Shown: piece after piece, positions 1-8,316 of the stretch
How positions within the stretch are numbered: position 1 is the stretch's first letter
How the letters are laid out: the number at the start of each line of letters is the position of its first letter
Source of the DNA: Bacteroides sp.
GTDB taxonomy: Bacteria > Bacteroidota > Bacteroidia > Bacteroidales > UBA7960
DNA: 64,000 nucleotides
Direction: 5' to 3'
Assembly (NCBI GenBank): GCA_036351255.1
Contig: JAZBOS010000109.1
Location: 64,039-128,038 of the forward strand
Position numbers and translations under genes: made by a program
The notes under the pieces: model-generated
Database searches by the model: none
What the model was told of the DNA's origin: nothing
The model's input: only the letters and a program-made list of their open reading frames with translations

Positions 1-2
1 CA

Positions 3-65
3 CGCATGGCCAATGAACTTAGCGAGGCTCAGCGCCATCATCTGCTGAGTGTGTTTGGGGAATAA
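3..65 (+). CDS. 3' end of an unidentified CDS that enters from upstream of the window (..RMANELSEAQRHHLLSVFGE*)
   Basis: The frame is open from the window edge to TAA at 63-65. It is too short to identify. Confidence 0.3.
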   Translation, partial: RMANELSEAQRHHLLSVFGE

Positions 66-112
66 AAAAACCGGCTTCCCCAATTGACCGTATATGCAGT
101 CGGGAAAGCCGG
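64..112 (-). terminator. Rho-independent terminator downstream of the TM2-domain gene
   Basis: On the minus strand, ccggctttccc..ggggaagccgg forms a stem followed by a T7 run (the plus-strand A run at 64-70). Confidence 0.5.
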
Positions 113-130
113 CCTTGCGTGGCAGATCAA

Positions 131-559
131 TTACCACATAAAGAACTTGGGATTGTCAATGTATTTGCTGATATCGTCCTCGATGACGCCGATTAGCAGG
201 ACAATCCAGTCAACGAAGGCAATGATGCCGCATCCGCCAAGGGTCAGGATATACCCAATGATTACCCCAGTGGTTGTACCCAGGTAAGCGCGGTGAATTC
301 CAAGGGGGCCAAGAAACCATGCCAGGACAAAAGCAACGGCAGGGGTCTTCTCACTCATGTAAAGAGTGCTTCCCTGGTCGCCGCTGACGTTGAGGGGCGA
401 CAGGGTATTCATGTTCAGGTAGTCCACTTGCTCTGCCTGGGCAAACATGTTGTCCACAGCAGCCTGGTCAAGCCGGTACATATTGGCTTCAGCCTGCACC
501 GCAACAATACCTCCCAGGAAAACAACAAGAATGAGGAACAATTTTTTCATACAATTCAA
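131..559 (-). CDS. TM2 domain-containing membrane protein with N-terminal signal peptide
   Basis: The 142-aa product has a signal-like N-terminus (MKKLFLILVVFLGGIVAVQA). Its C-terminal half, AFVLAWFLGPLGIHRAYLG..GCGIIAFVDWIVLL, is typical of TM2 domains. Confidence 0.8.
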   Translation of the reverse strand: MNCMKKLFLILVVFLGGIVAVQAEANMYRLDQAAVDNMFAQAEQVDYLNMNTLSPLNVSGDQGSTLYMSEKTPAVAFVLAWFLGPLGIHRAYLGTTTGVIIGYILTLGGCGIIAFVDWIVLLIGVIEDDISKYIDNPKFFMW

Positions 560-817
560 AATTTGGTGATTGACATGATTGGGTTAATTAAGAAAACAAA
601 TATATGAATTTAAAAATTATTCTTGCAAAAAAGAATGGCGAAAATTAAAAAAAACCCATTAACAAATGATTAGTTCCTGCCATAAAATATTTTTTGCCAG
701 GAATTAATTTCACTAAATTGGATTTGGAATATCGAACCTTTTGGTTATCAGGAAATTTGGAACCACTCCCGGCCGGGTTTCGACCCTTGGCAAGCATGTA
801 TCCGGATCAAAAATAAA

Positions 818-926
818 ACGTAGATAAAACGAATTTTAAACGTAGTTCAGACGTAGTTCAGACGTGCACACACGTCTGAACTACGTGTTAACTACGTGTT
901 AACTACGTGTTAACTACGTCTGAACT
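818..926. repeat. Repeat element A: inverted arrays of 11-bp units around a 16-bp-stem hairpin
   Basis: The left units begin with acg at 818, 829, 840, 851 and 862 (acgtagttcag twice). The segment 851-866 is the exact reverse complement of 871-886, with loop caca. The right units are ctgaactacgt at 876, gttaactacgt three times at 887, 898 and 909, and ctgaact at 920. Confidence 0.85.
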
Positions 927-1080
927 CTGATTCTGACAAGTCCCTTCAGTGGTTTTGAATCTCCTCTTTTTCTTTCTTTTTTCAGTTGAAAAGGTAAGGG
1001 AATGCCATAGCCTCCTTGCTGGCCTTGGCAATAGGAAAGAAGATGCCGGGTATTTTTTTAAAGGAGGGCTTTCGGGTAAT

Positions 1081-1118
1081 AAAAACAAGAGGCCGTTTCT
1101 TGATCGGGAAACGGCCTC
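1081..1118 (-). terminator. Rho-independent terminator of the peroxiredoxin gene
   Basis: The 11-bp stem gaggccgtttc / gaaacggcctc (1089-1099 / 1108-1118) is followed on the minus strand by ttgttttt. Confidence 0.6.
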
Positions 1119-1139
1119 CAATAATAAAATCCTGATGGA

Positions 1140-1829
1140 TTATTTTTCTTTGCGGAAGCAGAGGAACCAGTCGAGGCAATACTTATTCTCATCTTGGCTT
1201 TCCATGCGTTCTTTGGCAGCGCCGCAGGAACCCGGGGTAGGGATGATCACGTCATCACCGGGCTGCCAGTTGGCGGGGGTGGCAATTTGTTCCTTGTCGG
1301 CTTTCTGAAGGGCAATGATCATGCGCTTGATCTCGTCCATGTTGCGGCCCATTGAGAGGGGATAATACAGGATGGCGCGCACCTTGGCTTCGGGGTCCAT
1401 GATAAATACGGCACGGACAGCCTGGGTGGTGCTGGCACTGGGCTGAAGCATGCCAAAAGCCTTGGCCACTTCCATTTTCAGGTCCTCGATGACGGGGAAG
1501 AGGACCTCAACGTTCTTCATGCCTTTGTATTCGATCTTTTCCTTGATGGTGCGCAGCCAGGCAATGTGAGCATAGATGCTGTCGATCGAAAGGCCGATGA
1601 GTTCGGTGTTGAGTTTTTTGAAGTCTTCCTGCATGCTTGCGAAGGTCATGAACTCGGTGGTGCAAACCGGGGTAAAGTCGGCCGGATGGCTGAAAAGAAT
1701 AACCCATTTCCCTTTGTAATCTTGGGGGAAATTAATTTCGCCCTGAGTTGTTTTGGCTTTGAATGAAGGGGCTACTTCGCCAATCAAGGGCATTCTTGTT
1801 ACTTCCTGCATTGGTGTGTTTTGATCCAT
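1140..1829 (-). CDS. Peroxiredoxin (1-Cys / Prx6-like)
   Basis: It has the FSHPADFTPVCTTEF peroxidatic-Cys motif and full-length similarity to AhpC/TSA family 1-Cys Prx. The true start may be an internal Met (MPLIGE.., 1793). Confidence 0.9.
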   Translation of the reverse strand: MDQNTPMQEVTRMPLIGEVAPSFKAKTTQGEINFPQDYKGKWVILFSHPADFTPVCTTEFMTFASMQEDFKKLNTELIGLSIDSIYAHIAWLRTIKEKIEYKGMKNVEVLFPVIEDLKMEVAKAFGMLQPSASTTQAVRAVFIMDPEAKVRAILYYPLSMGRNMDEIKRMIIALQKADKEQIATPANWQPGDDVIIPTPGSCGAAKERMESQDENKYCLDWFLCFRKEK

Positions 1830-1896
1830 TTTAAGAATTTTTAAAGGTTAATATTATTTGTCTGATAAATTCAGACGAGGATTAAATTATTGAAGT

Positions 1897-1904
1897 CAAA
1901 TTTA
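1897..1904 (-). promoter_or_regulatory. Candidate Bacteroidota -7 promoter box (TAAATTTG on minus strand) for the peroxiredoxin gene
   Basis: The plus-strand caaattta matches the TAnnTTTG consensus and lies about 68 nt upstream of the ATG at 1829. Confidence 0.4.
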
Positions 1905-1938
1905 TTTGGTTTATTCTAAATTGTCAAGTTTATTTAGT

Positions 1939-1953
1939 CTTAATTTAATTAAG
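1939..1953. promoter_or_regulatory. Perfect 15-bp 7-1-7 palindrome CTTAATT-T-AATTAAG upstream of the peroxiredoxin promoter
   Basis: I checked the palindrome base by base. It sits about 35-55 bp upstream of the candidate -7 box. Confidence 0.35.
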
Positions 1954-2050
1954 ATAGCGTATATATAACTTTTCTAAACAATGTTTTGTTCATTGCCAGT
2001 AATAAGGTTTGATGCAGGATTCAGGGCATCTGAAGCTTGTGGTTTGGTAA

Positions 2051-2413
2051 TCAGAGGGTGGGGTAAAAGGCATCCTCAATGTGGTGGACCTGGAAATTCT
2101 CGCCTTTGAATAAAACGCTGATGATATCGAAGCGAACTTCGAGATCCAGGTCATTCTTTTCAAGGTATTGGTTGGCAGCAGCGATGAGTAATTTTTGTTT
2201 GCTGCGGCTGACAAATTCTTCGGGTTCGCCAAAAAATGCTGTTTTGCGGGATTTAACTTCCACAATCACCAAAAGGTCATCTTTTCGGGCAATGATGTCG
2301 ATTTCCTTATGCCCTGCCTGCCAATTGGTTTCAAGAACGGCATAGCCTTTCTGCTGGAGGTGCTTGAGGGCGATGGCTTCGCCCTGTTTTCCTGTGAGGT
2401 GTGATTCGGCCAT
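2051..2413 (-). CDS. yraN: YraN-family (UPF0102) endonuclease-like protein
   Basis: MAESHLTGKQGEAIALKHLQQKGY..EIDIIARKDDLLVIVEVKSR is the typical YraN pattern. The start is set at the internal ATG at 2413 because the upstream ORF extension overlaps purS. Confidence 0.8.
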   Translation of the reverse strand: MAESHLTGKQGEAIALKHLQQKGYAVLETNWQAGHKEIDIIARKDDLLVIVEVKSRKTAFFGEPEEFVSRSKQKLLIAAANQYLEKNDLDLEVRFDIISVLFKGENFQVHHIEDAFYPTL

Positions 2414-2444
2414 GGGATAAAAACTTTTGAGCCCCGGGATGCTT

Positions 2445-2699
2445 TTACTCTTGCTCGAACAACTCAAACTCAAAATATTCCATGATGGGATTGGCGAGGA
2501 GTTTTTTGCATGCTGTTTCCACCTTTTGGTGTGCGTCCTGGTGATCAGCAGCCTCCACTTCGAGGGTGATATGCTTACCCATCCTGACATTGTTGATTTC
2601 GGGAAGCCCCAGGTTTTTCATGCTTTTGGTGATGGTTTTTCCCTGGGGGTCGAGCAAGGCTTTCAGGGGCATTACGTTAATTTCGGCGCGGAATATCAT
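2445..2699 (-). CDS. purS: Phosphoribosylformylglycinamidine synthase subunit PurS
   Basis: The 84-aa product MIFRAEINVMPLKALLDPQGKTITKSMKNLGL..VRMGKHITLEV is PurS-like. The start is set at the ATG at 2699. Confidence 0.85.
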   Translation of the reverse strand: MIFRAEINVMPLKALLDPQGKTITKSMKNLGLPEINNVRMGKHITLEVEAADHQDAHQKVETACKKLLANPIMEYFEFELFEQE

Positions 2700-2730
2700 G
2701 TTATTGGTTTTTTGGCGGATTGGGATTATG

Positions 2731-3453
2731 TTATCTTGTTTGGGCTGCAAATAACAGCGACAAAATTAGGTAAAAAATTACTATCAGGGCTACGGCCTGG
2801 AGACCGAAAATCAGCAGAGAGAGCAGTATCAGTCCGATAAAGATATACCTGACGCGGTTCTCCTTCCATTGGAAATTTTTGATTTTTAAGGAGAACATAG
2901 GAATGGGCGATACCATCAGGTATGAAAACAGGGCCAGGAAGATTAGCAGCCAGGGCCAACTCTGGGTTATGGCTTCGACGGTACGTAAGATAATACCCTG
3001 GCGATTGGCAAATGCCAAGACGAAAGGCATTGAAGCGAAAAAAGCGGCATTGGCAGGGGTGGGCAATCCAATGAAGCCACTGGTTTGTCGGGTGTCGATG
3101 TTAAAGATGGCCAGGCGCAGGCCAGCAAAAACGGCTAGAAAAAAGGCGGCAAAAGGCAAAACATTTTGCAGGGCTGGGGGGTTAATAGTTTGAACCGCCT
3201 GTTGGAGGTAATGAAACAAAATGCCTGCAGGAGCCATGCCAAAGCTCACCAAATCGGCCAGGCTGTCGAGTTGCTGCCCCAGTTCAGACCTGGCGTTGAG
3301 AATACGGGCCAGCAGGCCGTCAGCAAAATCGAGCACAGCGCAGATGCCAATCAGGACAGCGGCATAATGTGGTTGGCCCAAAATGGCCAGGACCATGGCT
3401 ACAGCCCCCAAAAACAGGTTCATCAGGGTGACTGCATTTGGAAAATGTTTCAT
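2731..3453 (-). CDS. pssA: CDP-diacylglycerol--serine O-phosphatidyltransferase (CDP-alcohol phosphatidyltransferase family)
   Basis: It has the DFADGLLAR..G..LDSLADLVSFG CDP-alcohol motif and is a multi-TM 240-aa protein. Confidence 0.85.
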   Translation of the reverse strand: MKHFPNAVTLMNLFLGAVAMVLAILGQPHYAAVLIGICAVLDFADGLLARILNARSELGQQLDSLADLVSFGMAPAGILFHYLQQAVQTINPPALQNVLPFAAFFLAVFAGLRLAIFNIDTRQTSGFIGLPTPANAAFFASMPFVLAFANRQGIILRTVEAITQSWPWLLIFLALFSYLMVSPIPMFSLKIKNFQWKENRVRYIFIGLILLSLLIFGLQAVALIVIFYLILSLLFAAQTR

Positions 3454-3498
3454 TTTGTTTATAAGATTAAAAATATTTTTGGTTCAAATTTCGGTTTC

Positions 3499-3747
3499 AT
3501 GGATCAATCAGCATTTGACAAAGCCAGCTTAAAGGAGAAAGTATACATTCTACTGGAGCAGGGTCGTGAGATCTCGTCCAGACAATTCCTTTATTACAAT
3601 ATTAAGTTATATATACTGCACGAATTTTTTGCTGAAATCTGGTATGTCCCATCCTCCAATAAGATCGATAAAGTGGAAACCCTGATTATGGATGAGGTGC
3701 TGCACATTTATCGCAATGATTTCGACATTTCCTCCCTGCTAAAGTAA
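3499..3747 (+). CDS. Hypothetical small protein (82 aa)
   Basis: The ATG at 3499 lies inside the longer ORF 3166-3747, the remainder of which is antisense to pssA. I recognise no family. Confidence 0.45.
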   Translation: MDQSAFDKASLKEKVYILLEQGREISSRQFLYYNIKLYILHEFFAEIWYVPSSNKIDKVETLIMDEVLHIYRNDFDISSLLK

Positions 3748-3864
3748 ACAGTTTTTCGGCCTTTGGCTTGCTTCCCGGCAAACTTTTTTGACACTTTGCC
3801 CTTTTTCTGTTTTCTTTTTTTATACAAGGATCAAAGGAAAGTTTTGTTTTAGTTCTTAAACTGA

Positions 3865-3872
3865 TATTTTTG
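3865..3872 (+). promoter_or_regulatory. Candidate -7 promoter box TATTTTTG for the DPP-IV gene
   Basis: It matches TAnnTTTG and lies 41 nt upstream of the ATG at 3913. Confidence 0.4.
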
Positions 3873-3912
3873 TGGCCACCAAATTCATTAACCAATCCTA
3901 TCTTGATCAGCC

Positions 3913-6111
3913 ATGAAGTATAATCAATTTGCAATGACCCGGCTGCTGGCCACCTTTTATTTTTTCCTTATTCTCGGCATTCTTCAGGCTGCGGAGCCTT
4001 CGATAACATTGGAGCAGATATGGAAGGACCGTTATTTTGCTTCCAAGAGCATTCGCTTGGGACAGTCGATGAATGATGGGCTGCAATATTCCATCGTGGA
4101 GAATCAAACCGATATTAACATCTATTCTTATGAGAGTGGGGAGAAACAGCATACCGCTTTTTCGACTGAAGGTATCCTGACCAATGATCAGGGGAAAGGG
4201 TTACGAATCAGTGAGTATATTTTCAGCCCCGATGAGACGACCCTGTTGATAGGAACCAACCGGGAGGCCATATACCGGCACTCTTACATTGCCGAGTATT
4301 TTGTGTGGGATACGGAATCCGAAACCCTGAAGCCACTCTCAGAGGGCACCCGTCTTAGCTTGCCTGCATTTTCACCTGATGGACGTAAGGTTGCTTTTGT
4401 ACGGGAGAATAATTTGTTTATTAAGGATTTGGACAAGGATGTTGAAACAGCCGTGACCAGCGATGGCTTGCATAACTTTATTATCAATGGGTCTGCGGAC
4501 TGGGTTTATGAGGAAGAGTTCGGTTTGACCAAGGGATTTCATTGGTCGCCTGATGGTCAGAAGCTTGCTTTTTACCGCTTTGATGAAAGCCGGGTGAAAG
4601 AGTTCAATATGATTTTATACGGGAGCCTGTACCCGGAGGATTACCGCTTTAAGTATCCCAAAGCCGGCGAGGAGAATAGCCGGGTTAGCATTCACATATA
4701 TGATGTGACCACTGGCCGGGCCACTAAGGTTGATACAGGCCCTGAAACCGACCAGTATATTCCGCGCATCCAATGGACCAAGAATCCGGAACTGCTTTGT
4801 GTCATGCGCATGAACCGCCATCAGAATCAGTTGGAGTTATTGCTGGCAGATGCCCGAAGCGGTGCCTCGGAAGTTTTGTATGAGGAAAATAACTTGTACT
4901 ATATTGAGGTGACTGATGACCTTACCTTCCTGGAAGATGGTCGTCATTTTATAATCAGCAGCGAGAAGAGCGGATACAACCATTTGTATCTGTATGACCT
5001 CCAGGGACGTGAGGTAAGGGCGCTAACCAATGGAGACTGGGATGTTCAGCGTTTTTTTGGGATTGATGAAGACCAGGGTCTGGTGTTTTTCTCCTCCCAT
5101 GAAAGATCACCCCTTCGGAATCACCTTTACAGCGTGAAACTGAACGGGCGGGGGAAGCAACAACTCACCCAGGGCGAAGGGACCCACAGCCCTTCTTTCA
5201 GTAAAGGGTTCAGGTATTTTATCAACAACTTTTCAAATGCGAATACGCCCCCCGTTTACAGTATTCACTATGCCGACGGGAGCCTGATCAAAGTGTTGGA
5301 GGATAATCGTGAGCTATTGCAGAAAATGAATGAGCATCGTTTTGTGGAAAGGACTTTTTTTAGTTTTGAAACGAGCGAAGGCGTTTCATTGAATGGCTGG
5401 ATGATGCAGCCGGAGGACTTTGACCCCACAAAGGAATACCCGGTCTTTATGTATGCATACGGGGGCCCGGGATCCCAGACGGTTGTTGACCGCTGGGATG
5501 CTTCAAATGGTGCTTGGTACCAGATGCTGACCCAGATGGGGTTTATTATTGTTTCGGTCGACAACCGTGGCACAGGAGCTCGGGGCGAAGCATTCAGGAA
5601 GATGACCTATATGCAACTGGGCAAATACGAAACCATTGACCAGATAGAAGCAGCTAAATACCTGGGAGCTTTGCCTTATGTGGACAAAGATCGCATCAGC
5701 ATTTTTGGCTGGAGCTATGGGGGCTACCTTTCATCGCTATGCCTTGCCAAAGGGGCAGATTATTTTGCAGGGGCCATTGCCGTTGCACCCGTGACCAACT
5801 GGCGCTATTATGATTCAGTATATACCGAGCGTTATATGAGGCTGCCTCAGGAGAACCCGGAAGGATATGATGACAATTCGCCTATTTTCCATGCGGATAA
5901 TATCAAAGGGCATTACCTGTTGGTTCATGGCAGTGCTGACGACAATGTGCATTTTCAGAATACCATGGAGATGGCCAGTGTTTTGGTTGAGGCCAATGTA
6001 CCTTTTGAGCTTGCAGTGTATCCCAATCACAACCATGGCATTGCCGGGGGGAATACCAGGCTGCACTTGTATGAACACATGACGCGCTTTTTAGTCAAAA
6101 ACTTCCTATAA
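3913..6111 (+). CDS. Dipeptidyl-peptidase IV (S9B prolyl oligopeptidase family), secreted
   Basis: The 732-aa product has a signal peptide, a DPPIV N-terminal propeller region, the GWSYGGY nucleophile motif, and C-terminal Asp/His (GSADDNVHF..HNHG). Confidence 0.92.
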   Translation: MKYNQFAMTRLLATFYFFLILGILQAAEPSITLEQIWKDRYFASKSIRLGQSMNDGLQYSIVENQTDINIYSYESGEKQHTAFSTEGILTNDQGKGLRISEYIFSPDETTLLIGTNREAIYRHSYIAEYFVWDTESETLKPLSEGTRLSLPAFSPDGRKVAFVRENNLFIKDLDKDVETAVTSDGLHNFIINGSADWVYEEEFGLTKGFHWSPDGQKLAFYRFDESRVKEFNMILYGSLYPEDYRFKYPKAGEENSRVSIHIYDVTTGRATKVDTGPETDQYIPRIQWTKNPELLCVMRMNRHQNQLELLLADARSGASEVLYEENNLYYIEVTDDLTFLEDGRHFIISSEKSGYNHLYLYDLQGREVRALTNGDWDVQRFFGIDEDQGLVFFSSHERSPLRNHLYSVKLNGRGKQQLTQGEGTHSPSFSKGFRYFINNFSNANTPPVYSIHYADGSLIKVLEDNRELLQKMNEHRFVERTFFSFETSEGVSLNGWMMQPEDFDPTKEYPVFMYAYGGPGSQTVVDRWDASNGAWYQMLTQMGFIIVSVDNRGTGARGEAFRKMTYMQLGKYETIDQIEAAKYLGALPYVDKDRISIFGWSYGGYLSSLCLAKGADYFAGAIAVAPVTNWRYYDSVYTERYMRLPQENPEGYDDNSPIFHADNIKGHYLLVHGSADDNVHFQNTMEMASVLVEANVPFELAVYPNHNHGIAGGNTRLHLYEHMTRFLVKNFL

Positions 6112-6118
6112 AGATAAA

Positions 6119-6139
6119 GGTAGGGGTGAGGGGATTGAG
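6119..6139 (+). repeat. Short heptad run ggtaggg gtgaggg gattgag just after the DPP-IV stop
   Basis: It has three similar 7-nt units and resembles the first units of the larger arrays at 38063 and 25661. It is weak on its own. Confidence 0.35.
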
Positions 6140-6190
6140 AAGAAAAAACAAAATATGATTAAGATATTTTGATAAGTAAAAATTCTTTTT

Positions 6191-6198
6191 TACCTTTG
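6191..6198 (+). promoter_or_regulatory. Candidate -7 promoter box TACCTTTG for rpsU
   Basis: It matches TAnnTTTG. It is followed by GCACTCCCTTTT, which is also found after the rplS box. Confidence 0.45.
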
Positions 6199-6262
6199 CA
6201 CTCCCTTTTGAGGTAGACTTTACAGAAAGAAAAATAACAACGTAATAAAGAAAGAGGTAAGC

Positions 6263-6460
6263 ATGATCATTGTACCTGTAAAAGAAGGCGAAAACATTGA
6301 CCGGGTCTTAAAGAAGCTGAAGCGTAAATTTGAGAAAACTGGCATCCTTAGGGAACTGAGGGAGCGTCAGAAATTTACCAAGCCCTCTGTGAAGAACCGT
6401 GAGCAGCGTTTGAAAGCCATCTATATTCAGAAATTACAGGATCAGAAAGATTCGATGTAG
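6263..6460 (+). CDS. rpsU: 30S ribosomal protein S21
   Basis: MIIVPVKEGENIDRVLKKLKRKFEKTGILRELRERQKFTKPS is canonical bS21. Confidence 0.95.
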   Translation: MIIVPVKEGENIDRVLKKLKRKFEKTGILRELRERQKFTKPSVKNREQRLKAIYIQKLQDQKDSM

Positions 6461-6481
6461 TTTTTCGATTAAGGAAATTTT

Positions 6482-6549
6482 AGAAGAAATTTTTGCTTAT
6501 GCTGCTTTTTTAGCATAACTTTAAGCAAAGATTTCTTCTTTTTTGTTTT
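6482..6549 (+). terminator. Long imperfect hairpin plus T-run after rpsU
   Basis: agaagaaat..atttcttct are the outer arms, ttgctta/taagcaa and tatgct/agcata are inner pairings, and tttttgtttt follows. Confidence 0.5.
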
Positions 6550-6557
6550 GATCGATC

Positions 6558-7448
6558 ATGGCCGTGAGCACTGAAAAATTCCTGCAGTACCTCGAACGTG
6601 AAAAACGTTACTCGGCTCACACTATTGTGTCGTACGGCACCGACCTTCAGCAATTTTCAGATTATTTCAGGGACCAGTATGAGCTGGATTACCTGGAGAA
6701 TGTTAAAGCGCCCATGGTTCGCTCGTGGCTAGCTCAGGCAATGCAACAGGGGATGGCACGCAGCAGCATCAACCGAAAGCTTTCTTCTTTGAAGTCGTTT
6801 TTCAGGTTTGCCTTGAAGCATGGGGTGGTGGAAGAGAATCCCATGGAAAAGCTTGGCAGTGTTAAAAAGAACAAAGTGTTGCCGGTAGTTGTCAAAGAAG
6901 AAGAAATGCATCGTTTGCTCGATTATTCGGCTTTCAGGCCGGGATATGCGGGCATACGTGACCGGTTGATTCTTGAGTTGCTATATACTACGGGGATGCG
7001 TTTATCAGAATTATGCGGATTGCAGCATCGGGATTTTGATGCTGGAAAAAATACCATTAAAGTTTTGGGTAAACGTGCAAAACAACGTATTATTCCCGTT
7101 ATACAAGAAGTGGCAGATCATTATCAGGACTATTGTCTTGAAAAGGAAAAAACGTTTGGGGGTATGGCAGATTCGCATATTTTCCTAACGGATCGAGGGA
7201 AGAAAATATACCCTAAGTATGTTTACAGGCTGGTAAACCGTTATCTTAGCAATGTAACGACACGAAGCCGGAAAAGCCCGCATGTTCTCCGGCACACTTT
7301 TGCCACGCATATGCTTGACCACGGAGCCGACCTGAATGCCATTAAGGAGATTCTGGGGCATGCCAATTTATCGGCTACCCAGGTTTATACGCACAACAGC
7401 ATTGAGAAAATTAAGAATGTTTATAAACAAGCCCATCCAAAGGCGTAA
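6558..7448 (+). CDS. xerC: Tyrosine site-specific recombinase XerC/XerD family
   Basis: The 296-aa product has an N-terminal SAM-like domain and catalytic RHTFATHML..LGHANLSATQVYTH. It sits in the rpsU-xer-hpf context common in Bacteroidota. Confidence 0.85.
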   Translation: MAVSTEKFLQYLEREKRYSAHTIVSYGTDLQQFSDYFRDQYELDYLENVKAPMVRSWLAQAMQQGMARSSINRKLSSLKSFFRFALKHGVVEENPMEKLGSVKKNKVLPVVVKEEEMHRLLDYSAFRPGYAGIRDRLILELLYTTGMRLSELCGLQHRDFDAGKNTIKVLGKRAKQRIIPVIQEVADHYQDYCLEKEKTFGGMADSHIFLTDRGKKIYPKYVYRLVNRYLSNVTTRSRKSPHVLRHTFATHMLDHGADLNAIKEILGHANLSATQVYTHNSIEKIKNVYKQAHPKA

Positions 7449-7465
7449 AAGTGGAGGAACCCTTT

Positions 7466-7765
7466 ATGAAAGTAAACATCAGTTCATTGCATTTTAAGTC
7501 AGATGTAAAATTGGAAGAATTTATCCGGGACAAAACGTCGAAGTTAACCACTCATTTTGACGGGGTTTTAGGTTGCGATGTGACCCTTCGGTTAGACCCC
7601 GCGCAAAACAATGAAAACAAGATTGTAGAAATGAAAGTGATGCTTCCCGGCAATGATCTGTTCTCCAAGAAACAGGCCAAGACATTTGAAGAGGCGACCG
7701 ATAATGCTGTTGATGCGTTAAGGCGGCAACTTCAGCGTCATAAGGGAAAGGTTCGTGGGATTTAA
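7466..7765 (+). CDS. hpf: Ribosome hibernation promoting factor / RaiA family (short form)
   Basis: MKVNISSLHFKSDVKLEEFIRDKTSKL..ATDNAVDALRRQLQRHK is HPF-like. The ATG at 7466 is preferred over the GTG at 7451. Confidence 0.85.
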   Translation: MKVNISSLHFKSDVKLEEFIRDKTSKLTTHFDGVLGCDVTLRLDPAQNNENKIVEMKVMLPGNDLFSKKQAKTFEEATDNAVDALRRQLQRHKGKVRGI

Positions 7766-7833
7766 AATGCTGGATTGGTTTTTTCAAAAAAAAGTTTATT
7801 TCTTTTTGGTAGTTTTTAAATCTTTCGTACATT

Positions 7834-7865
7834 TGCAGACCTTTTTAACAAGGTCTGCATTTTTA
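7834..7865 (+). terminator. Rho-independent terminator after hpf
   Basis: The stem tgcagacc / ggtctgca has a 10-nt loop and is followed by a T-run. Confidence 0.6.
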
Positions 7866-7911
7866 TTGCAGGGCCATGGGAAAATGGGCCAACGAAAGGC
7901 GTAAAATGTTT

Positions 7912-7985
7912 GCCGATGTAGCTCAGTTGGCCAGAGCAGCTGATTTGTAATCAGCTGGTCGGGGGTTCGAATCCCTCCATCGGCT
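7912..7985 (+). tRNA. tRNA-Thr (anticodon UGU)
   Basis: I folded the cloverleaf by hand: acceptor GCCGATG/CATCGGC, D arm GCTC..GAGC, anticodon loop TTTGTAA, T loop TTCGAAT. Confidence 0.9.
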
Positions 7986-8005
7986 CAAAAAAAACACAAT
8001 GTTCT

Positions 8006-8087
8006 GGGGGGATTCCAGAGCGGTCAAATGGGGCAGACTGTAAATCTGTTGGCACAGCCTTCGGAGGTTCGAATCCTCCTCCCCCCA
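8006..8087 (+). tRNA. tRNA-Tyr (anticodon GUA), long variable arm
   Basis: Acceptor GGGGGGA/TCCCCCC, anticodon loop CTGTAAA, T loop TTCGAAT. It is identical to the copy at 50890-50971. Confidence 0.9.
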
Positions 8088-8095
8088 CGGAATAA

Positions 8096-8168
8096 GCGGA
8101 AATAGCTCATCTGGTAGAGCGACAGCCTTCCAAGCTGTAGGTGGCGGGTTCGAGTCCCGTTTTCCGCT
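8096..8168 (+). tRNA. tRNA-Gly (anticodon UCC)
   Basis: Acceptor GCGGAAA/TTTCCGC, anticodon loop CTTCCAA, T loop TTCGAGT. Confidence 0.9.
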
Positions 8169-8189
8169 CGAGGCTAATAAATTGATTTA

Positions 8190-8261
<72 letters not shown>

Positions 8262-8316
8262 CAAACGAAAAAAATGTTGAATCCCTTTTTTTAAAAACTT
8301 AAACACCCAGTTAGAT

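Noticed and set aside
740-800. A tRNA-like fragment (..ccgggtttcgaccc..) that might mark an integration scar
   Set aside because: Only a weak resemblance to a T-arm is present. No acceptor, D or anticodon arms can be drawn.
818-926. The possibility that the 11-bp or 7-bp tandem repeats are CRISPR arrays
   Set aside because: The units are 7-11 bp and contiguous, with no unique spacers of 25-40 bp. No cas genes are present in the window.
903-1308. ORFs 903-1121 (-), 949-1308 (+) and 982-1179 (-) in the gap next to the peroxiredoxin gene
   Set aside because: They run through repeat element A, through the prx terminator, or antisense into prx. They show no homology signal. ORF 57839-58252 (-) across element C is rejected for the same reason.
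6558-7448. The tyrosine recombinase as a marker of an integrated mobile element next to the tRNA cluster
   Set aside because: It sits in the conserved housekeeping rpsU-xer-hpf arrangement, with no cargo genes, direct repeats or partial tRNA duplicate flanking it. It is most likely the chromosomal Xer recombinase.
7828-7835. A TACATTTG match to the -7 promoter consensus upstream of the tRNA cluster
   Set aside because: It overlaps the stem of the hpf terminator hairpin and lies 77 nt from the first tRNA. It cannot be distinguished from a chance match.
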